From the NCBI GenBank assembly GCA_035248345.1, contig DATFHO010000101.1, positions 4,168 to 68,167 of the forward strand: a stretch of 64,000 bases of DNA, given 5' to 3'. The position numbers were made by a program, and so were the translations under genes. Source of the stretch: Candidatus Limnocylindrales bacterium. GTDB taxonomy: Bacteria; Chloroflexota; Limnocylindria; Limnocylindrales; CSP1-4. A model generated the notes under the pieces. It saw nothing but the letters and a program-made list of their open reading frames with translations, made no database searches and was not told the DNA's origin. Below, piece after piece: positions 49,315 to 60,839 of the stretch (positions are counted from its first letter, which is position 1; each line of letters begins with the position of its first letter).

Positions 49315-49899
49315 CTAGTTGGCGGGTCGAACCCACACGGAATCGGGTCCCCCGGCCATCACGCGATCGATCGCTTCGTTGCACTTGGCGTCCGCGAGGG
49401 AGTTCTGCGCGCGCGGCACATGCGATGCGGTCCAGCCGTCCGGCAGCTGCCGCAGGAGCCGGAGAACCTCCGCCCACAGCAGCCGCAGCTTGACGTCCTT
49501 GACGCGCCAGCGGCCGTGGAGCTGCTCCACGATCAGCTTCGAATCCAGGAGCAGCTCGAGGCGCCGCGCCCCGAGCTCGATCCCCAGTCCGATCGCCCGA
49601 ACGACGGCGGTGTACTCGGCAACGTTGTTCGTCTGGATCCCGAGGTAGTCGGAGATCGAGGCATCCGGGGTCGCGCGCGGGTCGCGCGCGTCGGGCCGCG
49701 CGAGGTCGATCAGCACGGCGCCCGATGACGCAGGGCCCGGGTTGCCGCGCGCGGCGCCGTCGGTCCGGACAACGAACCCCTTCATCGCGCGGCCAGGTGG
49801 CGGCGTTGCGGCCGCGGGTTCGGCTCCTCGGGTGCGTGGCGGCTCGCGCTCGGGATCCTCGTCGTCGTCGAAACCGAGCGTCAGCGGCGGCTCACGCAC
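49315..49899 (-). CDS. rnhA: ribonuclease HI
   Basis: 194-aa ORF with the RNase H fold (VRTDGAARGNPGPASSGAVL...NNVAEYTAVVRAI...LLDSKLIVEQL...NSLADAKCNEA). The acidic 38-aa N-extension may be real. ATG 49785 is the alternative start. Confidence 0.8.
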   Translation of the reverse strand: MREPPLTLGFDDDEDPEREPPRTRGAEPAAATPPPGRAMKGFVVRTDGAARGNPGPASSGAVLIDLARPDARDPRATPDASISDYLGIQTNNVAEYTAVVRAIGLGIELGARRLELLLDSKLIVEQLHGRWRVKDVKLRLLWAEVLRLLRQLPDGWTASHVPRAQNSLADAKCNEAIDRVMAGGPDSVWVRPAN

Positions 49900-49909
49900 G
49901 TGGAGCGGA

Positions 49910-50881
49910 TCAGCCTTCGGACTTCGTCTCGTCGCCGGCGTCGGAGCGGCGCCTGCCCGCGGGCGGCAGGCTCGCGCGCGCCGGCTCGGCCATGGGCTCG
50001 TCCGCCTTCGTTGCGGTCGTCGGGACCGGCCGGTTGCTCGGCGGGGCGGACGGCGTCGCCATCGCAGCCGCCGCGGGTGCGCCCGTCAGCATCGGCAACG
50101 GCGCGTACTTCGGCGCGTCCGGCTTGCCGCGGAGCTTCCGCCACGCCCACTGGATCGGGTCGTAGTACTCGTCCGCGACGCGCTCCTTGAGCGGGATGAT
50201 CGCGTTGTCGGTGATCTTGATGTGCTCCGGGCACACCTCGGTGCAGCATTTCGTGATGTTGCAGTAGCCGACGCCGCCGACCTCCTTGAGGTAGCTGCGG
50301 CGGTCACCCTGGTCGATCGGGTGCATCTCGAGGCCCGCCGTCCGGACGAGGAAGCGCGGGCCCATGAAGGGCGTCGAGGTCTCGTGGTTCCGGAGCACGT
50401 GGCACACGTCCTGGCACAGGAAGCACTCGATGCACTTCCGGAACTCCTGCACGCGCTCGACATCCTGCTGCTGCCAGCGCCACTCCGACTGCGGCGTCTC
50501 CGGCGGCGTGAACGGCTGCAGCGACCTGTTGACCGCGTAGTTCCAGGACACGTCGGTCACGAGGTCGCGGATGAGCGGGAACGTGCGCATCGGCTCGACC
50601 GTGATGGGCTCGGACAGGTCGAGGTCGGAGATGCGCGTCTTGCACATGAGCTTCGGCCGGCCGTTGACCTCGCCGGAGCACGAGCCGCACTTGGCGGCCT
50701 TGCAGTTCCAGCGGACCGCGAGGTCGGGCGCACCGTGGCCCTGGATCCAGTGGAGAGCGTCGAGGACGACCATCCCCTCCTCCACCGGAACGTCGAACTC
50801 GTCGTAGTGGCCCGCGGTGCCGGGCTCGCCGCGAAACACCCTGAGATGGGCCTGCGTCATCGCGTGCTCCCCGTCAGCCAT
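49910..50881 (-). CDS. sdhB: succinate dehydrogenase/fumarate reductase iron-sulfur subunit
   Basis: 323-aa ORF with Cys clusters CKAAKCGSCSGEVNG, CIECFLCQDVC and CNITKCCTEVCP. About 70 aa of low-complexity sequence extends the C-terminus. Confidence 0.9.
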   Translation of the reverse strand: MADGEHAMTQAHLRVFRGEPGTAGHYDEFDVPVEEGMVVLDALHWIQGHGAPDLAVRWNCKAAKCGSCSGEVNGRPKLMCKTRISDLDLSEPITVEPMRTFPLIRDLVTDVSWNYAVNRSLQPFTPPETPQSEWRWQQQDVERVQEFRKCIECFLCQDVCHVLRNHETSTPFMGPRFLVRTAGLEMHPIDQGDRRSYLKEVGGVGYCNITKCCTEVCPEHIKITDNAIIPLKERVADEYYDPIQWAWRKLRGKPDAPKYAPLPMLTGAPAAAAMATPSAPPSNRPVPTTATKADEPMAEPARASLPPAGRRRSDAGDETKSEG

Positions 50882-52695
50882 CAGTGCGTGCTCCCGAGCA
50901 GCGACTGGAGCTCGTCGGACATCTGCGGCAGCGCCGTCGTGGTGACATCCATCGTGCCGTCCGCCCGGCGGCGCACGACGCCGTTACGTCCGCCCCACTC
51001 CTTCTGGTTCGTCTCCGGGAAGTCAAGGCGGCTGTGCGCGCCGCGGCTCTCCGTTCGCTGCAGGGCGAGGCGCGTGATCGCCTCCGAGACGACGAGGAGG
51101 TTCCGAAGCTCGAAGCACAGGTTCCAGCCCGGGTTGAACGCGCGGCCGCCCGCGACCGCGAGCGAAGGGACGCGCCCTTTGAGCTTGGCGAGCTCCGTGA
51201 TGGCTTCCTTGAGGTCCGCCTCGACGCGGAAGATGCCGACGAGCCGCTGCATCAGGTCCTGCAGATCGCGCTGCAGCTGGTACGGGTCCTCGCCCGATCC
51301 GCGCTCCAGCGGCGCCGCAAGCTCGCGCGTCCCCTCGGCCACCTGGACCGGATCGATGTAGGACGTGGTCTTCTGTTTCGCCGCGTGCGCGGCGGCGCCG
51401 GCACCCGTCCTCGCCCCGAAGACGAGGAGGTCCGACAGCGAGTTGCCGCCGAGCCGGTTGGAGCCGTGCATCCCGCCGGACACCTCGCCGGCCGCATAGA
51501 GACCCGGCACGGTGGTCGCACCCGTGTCGGCGTCGACACGGATGCCGCCCATCACGTAGTGGGTCGTCGGACCGACCTCCATCGGACCCTTCGTGATGTC
51601 GACGTCCGCCAGCTCCTTGAACTGGTCGTACATCGAGGGCAGCTTCTTCCGGACGTGCTCCGCGGGCAGGTAGCTGATGTCGAGGAACACGCCGCCGTGC
51701 TCCGTGCCGCGACCCTCGCGGACCTCCGTATAGATCGCGCGTGCGACGTTGTCGCGGGTCGACAGCTCCGGCGGACGCCGGGCATCGATGGACCGGCCCT
51801 GCGACGCCGCGTCCACCCAGCGCTTGGCCTCCTCGTCCGTGGCCGCGTACTCGGCGCGCCGGTCCTCGGGGAGGTAGTCCCACATGAACCGCTTGCCGTC
51901 CTTGTTCCGGAGGATCCCGCCCTCGCCGCGAACCGCCTCGGTCACGAGCAGGCCGCGCACGCCCGGGGGCCAGACCATGCCCGTCGGGTGGAACTGGACG
52001 AACTCCAGGTCGATCAGCTCGGCGCCGGCCTCGTAGGCGAGGGCCTGGCCATCGCCGCTGTACTCCCACGAGTTCGAGGTGACCGTGTAGGCCTTGCCGA
52101 TGCCGCCGGTCGCCAGCACGACCGCCTTGGCCGGGAACAGCACCGTCCGCCCGGTCGTGCGCCAGTAGCCGAAGGCACCGACGACGCCGTTCGCGCCCGT
52201 GATGAGCTTCGTGATCGTGCATTCCATGAACACGTCGATGCCGCTCGCCACCGTCTTGTCCTGGAGGGTGCGGATCATCTCGAGACCGGTGCGGTCACCG
52301 ATGTGGGCGAGCCGCTTGTGGGTGTGGCCGCCGAATGCGCGCTGGCTGATCCGGCCGTCGCGCGTGCGGTCGAAGACGGCACCCCAGTATTCGAGCTCGC
52401 GGACCCGGTCGGGCGATTCCTTCGCGTGCAGCTCGGCCATCCGCGGGTTGTTCAGGAGCTTGCCGCCGACCATCGTGTCCCGGAAGTGGGTCTTCCAGTT
52501 GTCCTCGGGGTCGACATGGCCGAGCGACGCGGCAACGCCGCCCTCGGCCATCACGGTATGGGCCTTCCCGAGCAGGGACTTGCACACGAGCCCGACCTTC
52601 GCGCCCTGGTTGTGCGCCTCGATCGCCGCCCGCAGTCCGGCACCGCCGGCGCCGACGACCAGCACGTCGACGGGATGCGTCTCGATCTCGTCCAT
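50881..52695 (-). CDS. sdhA: succinate dehydrogenase/fumarate reductase flavoprotein subunit
   Basis: This is the real part of ORF 50881..52764, starting from MDEIETHPVDVLVVGAGGAGLRAA. It contains the FAD-attachment context HTVMAEGG and RLGGNSLSDL. Confidence 0.92.
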   Translation of the reverse strand: MDEIETHPVDVLVVGAGGAGLRAAIEAHNQGAKVGLVCKSLLGKAHTVMAEGGVAASLGHVDPEDNWKTHFRDTMVGGKLLNNPRMAELHAKESPDRVRELEYWGAVFDRTRDGRISQRAFGGHTHKRLAHIGDRTGLEMIRTLQDKTVASGIDVFMECTITKLITGANGVVGAFGYWRTTGRTVLFPAKAVVLATGGIGKAYTVTSNSWEYSGDGQALAYEAGAELIDLEFVQFHPTGMVWPPGVRGLLVTEAVRGEGGILRNKDGKRFMWDYLPEDRRAEYAATDEEAKRWVDAASQGRSIDARRPPELSTRDNVARAIYTEVREGRGTEHGGVFLDISYLPAEHVRKKLPSMYDQFKELADVDITKGPMEVGPTTHYVMGGIRVDADTGATTVPGLYAAGEVSGGMHGSNRLGGNSLSDLLVFGARTGAGAAAHAAKQKTTSYIDPVQVAEGTRELAAPLERGSGEDPYQLQRDLQDLMQRLVGIFRVEADLKEAITELAKLKGRVPSLAVAGGRAFNPGWNLCFELRNLLVVSEAITRLALQRTESRGAHSRLDFPETNQKEWGGRNGVVRRRADGTMDVTTTALPQMSDELQSLLGSTH

Positions 52696-52702
52696 CACCG
52701 GT

Positions 52703-53536
52703 CTATCCGAAGTGGATCGCGAAGTCCGGCACGATCCCGGCCTGGAACAGGCGGGCGTAGACATCCGCGAGCGTGACCGTGATGAGGCTGCACCAGGCCC
52801 ACCACATGTGGTTCCGATTCAGGTCCGTGAGGCGCTGCCAGAGCGTGTAGCGAACGCGGCGGGCCGCGGTGCAGGAGAAGCAGTCGATGCGCCCGCCGAC
52901 CAGGTGCCGGAGCGAGTGGCACGACAACGAGTAGCCGGTCAGCAGGATCACGTTCACGAGGAACAGCACGCCGAGTGCGCTGACCCGGAACCTCGGGTCC
53001 GCAACATCCGCGTCCGGCGCGATGTTGAACGCCGGCAGGATGTCGAGCCAGAGGAACGTGAGCGGGATGAACGCGAGATAGAGCATGTAGCGATGCAGGT
53101 TCTGGAGGATGAACGGCAGCGCGTTCTCCAGGGCGAACTTGCGGTGGGCGGTCGGCTCCCCCACCGCGCAGCCCGCCGGGTCGGCGAAGTAGAAGCGGTA
53201 GTAGGCCTTGCGGTAGTAGTAGCAGGTGGCCCGGAAGCCGATCGGGATCCACAGGATGAGCAGTCCGGGGCTGAGCCACGTCGGCATGTCCTTGAACAGC
53301 ACGAGCGGCGAGAACAGCGGCGAGAGATAGCCGTCGAACTTGACGTATTGCGGGCCGAAAAGCGGCCCCCAGAGCACGCCGCTGAACGTGAGATACCCGG
53401 CGCAGATCGTGAAGACGAGCGCCTGGATGACCGGATAGATCGCCCAGTTGTCCGTGCGGCTGGTCTTGCCAAAGCCCTGCGCGGCGGTGCCGCGGGGCTT
53501 GCGCAGCGCCCGAAGGACGGCGCCCTGGACGGTCAT
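52703..53536 (-). CDS. sdhC: succinate dehydrogenase/fumarate reductase cytochrome b membrane subunit
   Basis: 277-aa hydrophobic ORF with ~5 TM segments and conserved His. It is preferred over the overlapping Arg-rich ORF 52695..53552. Position is immediately upstream of sdhA. Confidence 0.7.
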   Translation of the reverse strand: MTVQGAVLRALRKPRGTAAQGFGKTSRTDNWAIYPVIQALVFTICAGYLTFSGVLWGPLFGPQYVKFDGYLSPLFSPLVLFKDMPTWLSPGLLILWIPIGFRATCYYYRKAYYRFYFADPAGCAVGEPTAHRKFALENALPFILQNLHRYMLYLAFIPLTFLWLDILPAFNIAPDADVADPRFRVSALGVLFLVNVILLTGYSLSCHSLRHLVGGRIDCFSCTAARRVRYTLWQRLTDLNRNHMWWAWCSLITVTLADVYARLFQAGIVPDFAIHFG

Positions 53537-54540
53537 GCGCCGAGCGCCTCAATGACCGCGTCGCCGAACTCGCTCGTGCCGGCCGTGCCGCCGAGATCCG
53601 ACGTCACGGTCTTGCCCTCAGCGATGACGCGGCGCACCGCGCCCTCGACCCGCTCCCCCATCTCGGGGTAGCCCAGGTGCCGGAGCATGAGCGCCCCGGA
53701 CAGGATCAGCGCGGTCGGGTTCGCCCTGTTCAGGCCGGCGTACTTGGGCGCCGATCCGTGGACGGGCTCGAACACCGCCCCGTCCTCGCCGATGTTCGCC
53801 CCCGGCGCCACGCCCAGGCCGCCCACGAGGCCGGCGCACAGGTCGGAGACGATGTCGCCGTACAGGTTCGGGAGGACGAGCACGTCGTACTGGTCCGGCT
53901 TCTGGACCAGCTGCATGCACATGTTGTCGACGATGCGGTCCTCGAACTCGACCTTGCCCGCGTACTGCGCCGCGACCGTCTGGCAGGCCTCGAGGAACAG
54001 GCCGTCGGACAGCTTCATGATGTTCGCCTTGTGCACGGCGGTGACCTTGCGCCGGCCGTTCGCGACCGCGTAGTCGAACGCGAACCGGGCGATCCGCTCC
54101 GAGGCGGCGCGGGTGATGATCTTGATCGACTCCGCGGCGTCGCGGCCGACCATGTGCTCGATGCCCGCGTACAGGTCCTCGGTGTTCTCGCGGACGATCA
54201 CGACGTCGACGTCGTCGTACCGGCTCTGCACGCCTTGCATGGACCGCGCCGGGCGCAGGTTCGCGTACAGGTTCAGTGCCTGCCGAAGGCCGACGTTGAC
54301 GCTGCGGAACCCGGAGCCGACCGGGGTCGTGATCGGTCCCTTGAGGGCGATCTTGTTGCGCCGGATGGACTCGAGGACTCGCTCCGGGAGCGGCGTGCCT
54401 TCCGAGGCGATCGTCGCCTCGCCGGCGTCCTGGACCTCCCATTCGAACCCGATCCCGGTCGCGTCGAGCACGCGGCGGGTCGCCTCCGCCAGCTCCGGGC
54501 CGATCCCGTCGCCGGGGATGAGGGTGATGCGGTGGGGCAT
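53533..54540 (-). CDS. isocitrate/isopropylmalate dehydrogenase family enzyme (context suggests NAD-dependent isocitrate dehydrogenase)
   Basis: 335-aa ORF with [12 protein letters not shown]..., [18 protein letters not shown]-coupled to sdhC. Confidence 0.8.
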   Translation of the reverse strand: MPHRITLIPGDGIGPELAEATRRVLDATGIGFEWEVQDAGEATIASEGTPLPERVLESIRRNKIALKGPITTPVGSGFRSVNVGLRQALNLYANLRPARSMQGVQSRYDDVDVVIVRENTEDLYAGIEHMVGRDAAESIKIITRAASERIARFAFDYAVANGRRKVTAVHKANIMKLSDGLFLEACQTVAAQYAGKVEFEDRIVDNMCMQLVQKPDQYDVLVLPNLYGDIVSDLCAGLVGGLGVAPGANIGEDGAVFEPVHGSAPKYAGLNRANPTALILSGALMLRHLGYPEMGERVEGAVRRVIAEGKTVTSDLGGTAGTSEFGDAVIEALGA

Positions 54541-54636
54541 GCCCGAATTCTGTCACGCGCCGTCCGGGGCGGCAGGACGGCCGGAGCGCCCGGAATCCGC
54601 GGGCCGAACCGCCCGGTCCGATGCCCGGCTGCGGGA

Positions 54637-54642
54637 TAGACT
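54637..54642 (+). promoter_or_regulatory. -10-like TAGACT 6 nt upstream of ATG 54649 (candidate leaderless promoter)
   Basis: The sequence reads GCGGGATAGACT-ccgccc-ATG. It shares the GCGGGATA prefix with the element upstream of sucC. Confidence 0.4.
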
Positions 54643-54648
54643 CCGCCC

Positions 54649-55548
54649 ATGAAAGTCGGCGTCACGGTTCCCCTTGCCTACGGTGATCTCCACGACGGCC
54701 GCGCACCTACCTTCCGCGAGACCGCCGAGTTTTCCCGGCACGCGGAGCAGGCCGAGCTGGATTCCATCTGGGTGTTCGACCACCTGCTGTTCCGGTTCCC
54801 GCCCGAGCCCGATGAAGGCCTGAACGAGGCGTGGACCACCCTCGCAGCGCTCGCGCCGGTCGTGCCGCGTGTCGAGCTCGGCGCGCTCGTGATGTGCACA
54901 TCGTTCCGGAACGCCGGCCTGCTGGCGAAGATGGCGGCGACCCTCGACGACCTGTCCGACGGCCGGCTGATCCTCGGCATCGGCTGCGGCTGGCACGAGC
55001 CCGAGTACGACGCGTTCGGCCTGCCGTTCGACCACCTCGTCGGGCGGTTCGAGGAGGACCTCCAGGTCATCCATCGGCTGCTCCGGGGCGAGAAGGTGAC
55101 GCTCGTGGGCACGTGGAGCCGCTACAGGGACGCCGAGCTGCTGCCGCCCCCGGCTCGCGTGCCCCCGATCCTCGTCGCATCGAAGGGCGAACGGATGCTC
55201 CGGCTGACCGCGCAGTACGCGGAGGCCTGGAACACCGCGTGGTTCGGCGAGGTCGACGACCTGCTGCGGCAGCGGATGGCTGATCTCGACGCAGCGTGCG
55301 ACGCGGTCGGGCGCGAGCGGACGGCGATCCGGCGAACGGTCGGGATGCGGGTGCACGCGCCCGGCAAGAAGCCCGACGGGGAGCGCGGAACGGACGCCGA
55401 CGCGGCGGGGCTTGCGGACATCTTCGACGAGATGGCCGCGCTCGGCGTCGCCGACGTCGTGATCTGGTCGCTCGAGAAGTCGCCGGCGGCGCTCGATCGG
55501 ATCGCGGAAGCGCGGCGCACCCATCTCGCGAGGCGCGCGCAGGGCTGA
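54649..55548 (+). CDS. LLM-class (luciferase-like) F420/flavin-dependent oxidoreductase
   Basis: 299-aa ORF with a TIM-barrel LLM pattern (DSIWVFDHLLF..., GRLILGIGCGWHEPEYDAFG). Confidence 0.8.
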   Translation: MKVGVTVPLAYGDLHDGRAPTFRETAEFSRHAEQAELDSIWVFDHLLFRFPPEPDEGLNEAWTTLAALAPVVPRVELGALVMCTSFRNAGLLAKMAATLDDLSDGRLILGIGCGWHEPEYDAFGLPFDHLVGRFEEDLQVIHRLLRGEKVTLVGTWSRYRDAELLPPPARVPPILVASKGERMLRLTAQYAEAWNTAWFGEVDDLLRQRMADLDAACDAVGRERTAIRRTVGMRVHAPGKKPDGERGTDADAAGLADIFDEMAALGVADVVIWSLEKSPAALDRIAEARRTHLARRAQG

Positions 55549-55583
55549 CCCGGCGCACACCCGGGCTTGCGCCCGCCGCGGGA

Positions 55584-55589
55584 TACCAT
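55584..55589 (+). promoter_or_regulatory. -10-like TACCAT 8 nt upstream of GTG 55598 (candidate leaderless sucCD promoter)
   Basis: The sequence reads GCGGGATACCAT-cgcctccc-GTG. Confidence 0.4.
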
Positions 55590-55597
55590 CGCCTCCC

Positions 55598-56776
55598 GTG
55601 AAGATCCAGGAAGCCGACGCAAAGAAGCTGCTGCTCGCCCAAGGCCTGCCCGTGCCGGCCTGGGAGGTTGCGCGCTCCCCCGCCGAGGCCCGCGCCGCCG
55701 CATCGCGACTCCTTCACGGCGCTGGCCACGCATCGCAGGTCGTGATCAAGGCACAGGTGCTCGTCGGCGGGCGCGGCAAGGCCGGCGGCGTGAAGCTCGC
55801 GGCCACCGATGACGAGGCCGAGCACGTCGCCGACGCGATCCTCGGCATGTCGATCAAGGGCATCCCGGTCCGCAAGGTGCTCGTGGCGCCCGCCGCGGAC
55901 ATCGTCAAGGAGTTCTACCTCGCCGCCGTGCTCGATCGAGCGACGAAGAAGATCCTCGTCATGGGCTCGTCCGAGGGCGGCGTCGAGATCGAGACCGTCG
56001 CGGCGACGAACCCCGAGGCGATCGTGCGCGTGCATGCGGATCCTCTGCTCGGGCTGCGCGACTGGCAGGCCCGCCAGCTCGCGTTCAGGCTCGGGCTCGG
56101 CGCGCACCTCAAGGCCGCGGTGCTGGTCGCGAAGGGCCTCGTGAAGACCATGCTGGCGAACGACGCGGACCTCGTCGAGATCAACCCGCTTGCGATCGTG
56201 CGCGAAGGTGGCCCGGGCGGCGCCGAAGAGAAGCTCGTCTGCCTCGACGCGAAGATCACGCTCGACGACTCGGCCCTGTTCCGGCACCCGGATCACGAGG
56301 CGCTGCGCGATCCCGACGAGGAGGCGCCGGCCGACGCTGAGGCACGCCGCCACGACATCAGCTTCATCCACCTGGATGGCACGATCGGGTGCATGGTCAA
56401 CGGCGCCGGCCTCGCGATGACGACGATGGACCTCGTGAAGCGCGCCGGCGGCGAGCCCGCGAACTTCCTCGACATCGGCGGCGGGGCGAAAGCAGAGCGC
56501 GTTGCCGCGGCAATGCGCCTGATCCTTGCCGAGCCCAAGGTCGAAGCGATCCTCGTGAACATCTTCGGTGGCATCACCCGCGGCGACGAGGTCGCCATGG
56601 GCCTCATCGAGGCTCGCAAGCAGCAGTCGCGCGACGTGCCGATGGTCGTCCGGATCGTCGGCACGAACGCCGCGGAAGCGGCGACGCTCCTCGAGGCCGC
56701 GCACTTCGAGACGGCCGCGTCACTCGACGAGGCGGCCGCGAAGGCGGTTGCGGCCGCGAAGGCGGCACGCGCATGA
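55598..56776 (+). CDS. sucC: succinate--CoA ligase (ADP-forming) beta subunit
   Basis: 392-aa ORF with [12 protein letters not shown]...[16 protein letters not shown]...[13 protein letters not shown]. Confidence 0.93.
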   Translation: MKIQEADAKKLLLAQGLPVPAWEVARSPAEARAAASRLLHGAGHASQVVIKAQVLVGGRGKAGGVKLAATDDEAEHVADAILGMSIKGIPVRKVLVAPAADIVKEFYLAAVLDRATKKILVMGSSEGGVEIETVAATNPEAIVRVHADPLLGLRDWQARQLAFRLGLGAHLKAAVLVAKGLVKTMLANDADLVEINPLAIVREGGPGGAEEKLVCLDAKITLDDSALFRHPDHEALRDPDEEAPADAEARRHDISFIHLDGTIGCMVNGAGLAMTTMDLVKRAGGEPANFLDIGGGAKAERVAAAMRLILAEPKVEAILVNIFGGITRGDEVAMGLIEARKQQSRDVPMVVRIVGTNAAEAATLLEAAHFETAASLDEAAAKAVAAAKAARA

Positions 56777-57657
56777 GCATCCTGATCGGTCGCGACACGC
56801 GGCTCGTGGTCCAGGGCATCACCGGCCGCGAGGGCGAGTTCCACGCGCGCGCAATGCAGGCGTACGGCACGAACGTGGTCGCCGGCATGACTCCCGGCAA
56901 GGGTGGCCAGCAGGCGCTCGACGGCACCGTCCCCGTGTTCGACACGATGGCCGACGCGGTCCGCGAGACCGGCGCGAATACGTCGTGCATCTTCGTCCCC
57001 GCGGGCGGAGCGCCGGACGCCGTGCTCGAGGCCGTCGCGGCCGGGATCCAGACCGTCTTCTGCATCACCGAAGGCATCCCCGCCCTCGACATGGTGCCCG
57101 TGGTGGCCGCGGTCCAGGCCGCCGGTGCTCGGCTGATCGGCCCGAACTGCCCCGGCGCGACGTCGCCTGGCAGCGCAAAGGTGGGCATCATCCCCGGCTC
57201 GATCCATCGCGAAGGCTCGGTTGGCGTCGTGTCCCGATCCGGGACGCTGACGTACGAAGCGGTCCAGGCGATGACCGATGCGGGCATCGGCCAGTCGACC
57301 TGCGTCGGCATCGGTGGCGACCCGATCATCGGCTCCAGCTTCCTCGACGTCCTGAAGCTCTTCGCCGCGGATCCGGAGACGAACGGGGTCGTGCTCATCG
57401 GCGAGATCGGCGGCGCGGCCGAGGAAGAGGCGGCCGCGTGGGCCGCCGAGCACCTGCGCGACGTCCCGAAGGCCGCCTTCATCGCCGGTCGTACCGCGCC
57501 CGAGGGCAAGCGCATGGGCCACGCCGGCGCGATCATCTCCGGCGGCGCCGGCACTGCCGCTTCCAAGGTTGCCGCGCTCGAGGCAGCGGGCTTCCTGGTC
57601 GCGGGCTCGCCGACGGAGCTGCCGAAGCTCCTCCGCGACGCCGGCTTCCGCGGCTGA
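56773..57657 (+). CDS. sucD: succinate--CoA ligase alpha subunit
   Basis: The internal Met of ORF 56389..57657 gives [21 protein letters not shown]..., SRSGTLTYE and the phospho-His context GHAGAII. ATGA overlap with sucC. Confidence 0.93.
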   Translation: MSILIGRDTRLVVQGITGREGEFHARAMQAYGTNVVAGMTPGKGGQQALDGTVPVFDTMADAVRETGANTSCIFVPAGGAPDAVLEAVAAGIQTVFCITEGIPALDMVPVVAAVQAAGARLIGPNCPGATSPGSAKVGIIPGSIHREGSVGVVSRSGTLTYEAVQAMTDAGIGQSTCVGIGGDPIIGSSFLDVLKLFAADPETNGVVLIGEIGGAAEEEAAAWAAEHLRDVPKAAFIAGRTAPEGKRMGHAGAIISGGAGTAASKVAALEAAGFLVAGSPTELPKLLRDAGFRG

Positions 57658-57667
57658 TGCCCGCAGC

Positions 57668-58177
57668 GTGACGCCCAACGACATCCGCTTCCTGTTCGCG
57701 TACGACCGGTACGCCACCGAGAAGATCCTCATCCAGCTGGACGACCTCGATGCGCAGGCGTGGGGTACGCAGGGCGTGGTCGGCGATCGCGGGCTCGGCG
57801 CAATACTCGTCCACATGCTCGGCGCGCACCAGCGCTGGCGCCTCGGGTTGGAGGACGTCGACGAGACGCCCCGGCCGGAGCGCGAGCCACTCCCCGGGCC
57901 CGGCGAGCTCGCGGCTCGCTGGCGCTCGGAGCTCGACGCAACCGATGCGTTCCTGGCGACCATCACGCCGGACTTCCTCGCCCAGGTCGAGGACGGCGTC
58001 GGCGTGGACACGATGCTCGTCCACCTCGCCAACCACGGAACCCAGCACCGAAGCGAGGCGGCGCTGCTGCTGACCCATGCCGGTCGATCCCCCGGGGACC
58101 TGGACCTGATCGATTACGCGGAGTCGGTTGCCGCGGGCACGCTGCCGGATCCGCGCAGCGATGACGGGGCGGCCTGA
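57668..58177 (+). CDS. DinB-family (four-helix-bundle, DUF664-like) protein
   Basis: From GTG 57668 the product has His-containing helices (ILVHMLGAHQRW..., LVHLANHGTQHRSEA) typical of the DinB/YfiT fold. Confidence 0.65.
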   Translation: MTPNDIRFLFAYDRYATEKILIQLDDLDAQAWGTQGVVGDRGLGAILVHMLGAHQRWRLGLEDVDETPRPEREPLPGPGELAARWRSELDATDAFLATITPDFLAQVEDGVGVDTMLVHLANHGTQHRSEAALLLTHAGRSPGDLDLIDYAESVAAGTLPDPRSDDGAA

Positions 58178-58647
58178 TGGGCCTCGTGATGGACCTCGTT
58201 GCCGGGGATTCGCGCGAGATCCTGCTTGCCGTCACGATGGACGACCTCGCGAGCTTCGACGACCGAGGCCGCTACGCCGCGCACCTCACGTTCGGCGGGG
58301 CCATCGATCCGACGTGGCTGGACCTGTTCAGCGCGGCCGTCCGCGCCGTCACCGGTCGCGACGACCCGTCGGATTTCCTCGACGCGCGGACGGAGCTCGA
58401 CGGACCGGGCGATGGCGGCGAGCGGACGGTCGAGCGCATCGACCCAGGCTGGATCACCGCGATCGCGATGCTCGGCGACCGCGACCTCGACGCCGTGACC
58501 GGGCACTGGATCGACCTGCTCGAAGAGGAGCTCGGCGAGCTGCCACGCGAGGAGAAGCCGTCGGTCCGGAAGTTCGCCCGCGAGATCGTGGAGTTCGCCC
58601 GCGCCGCGGATCGCGCGCCGGCGGTTATCCTCGCCTGGTCGCTCTAG
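58177..58647 (+). CDS. hypothetical acidic 156-aa protein
   Basis: ATGA-coupled to the DinB gene with good codon-3 GC. No recognisable motif. Confidence 0.6.
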   Translation: MGLVMDLVAGDSREILLAVTMDDLASFDDRGRYAAHLTFGGAIDPTWLDLFSAAVRAVTGRDDPSDFLDARTELDGPGDGGERTVERIDPGWITAIAMLGDRDLDAVTGHWIDLLEEELGELPREEKPSVRKFAREIVEFARAADRAPAVILAWSL

Positions 58648-58663
58648 GCGACCGCTCGGCGCC

Positions 58664-59143
58664 CTAGACCGGCACCTCGTAGCCCAGGGCCTTCCACGCC
58701 GGGCCCCCCGGTGCCTCGATCAGCTCGACCAGGACGCCGTGGCAGCTCCGGGGATGGAGGAACGCGACCGGGCCTTCGGCGCCACGTCGCGGTGCCGAAT
58801 CGATCAGCTCGACGCCGTCGATGCCGAGCCGCGTCAGCTCCTCGGCGAGGTTCCCCACCTCGAAGCACACGTGGTGGAAGCCCTCGCCCTTGTTCGCAAG
58901 GAAGCGCGCGACACCGGTCGTGTCGTCGGTCGGCTGGACGAGCTCGACCTTCGACTCGCCGACGCCGAGGAACGCGATCCGGACTCGATCCTGCGGGATG
59001 TCCATGATCGTCTCGAGCGGCAGCCCGAGGAGGTCGCGGTAGAGCCCGAGGGACGTCTCGATGGACGTCACGATCACCGCGACATGGTGGATCCGACCCG
59101 GCGGCGTGAACGTGGGTCGTGCTCGCTCGGCGCGCGCTGCCAT
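58664..59143 (-). CDS. methylmalonyl-CoA epimerase (VOC/glyoxalase fold)
   Basis: ATG 59143 has AGGAGG 7 nt upstream. IHHVAVIVTSIETSLGLY...VELVQP...GEGFHHVCFEV...HGVLVELIE is typical of MCE. Confidence 0.85.
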   Translation of the reverse strand: MAARAERARPTFTPPGRIHHVAVIVTSIETSLGLYRDLLGLPLETIMDIPQDRVRIAFLGVGESKVELVQPTDDTTGVARFLANKGEGFHHVCFEVGNLAEELTRLGIDGVELIDSAPRRGAEGPVAFLHPRSCHGVLVELIEAPGGPAWKALGYEVPV

Positions 59144-59153
59144 CGATCGCCTC

Positions 59154-60830
<1,677 letters not shown>

Positions 60831-60839
60831 GGACCGGCC

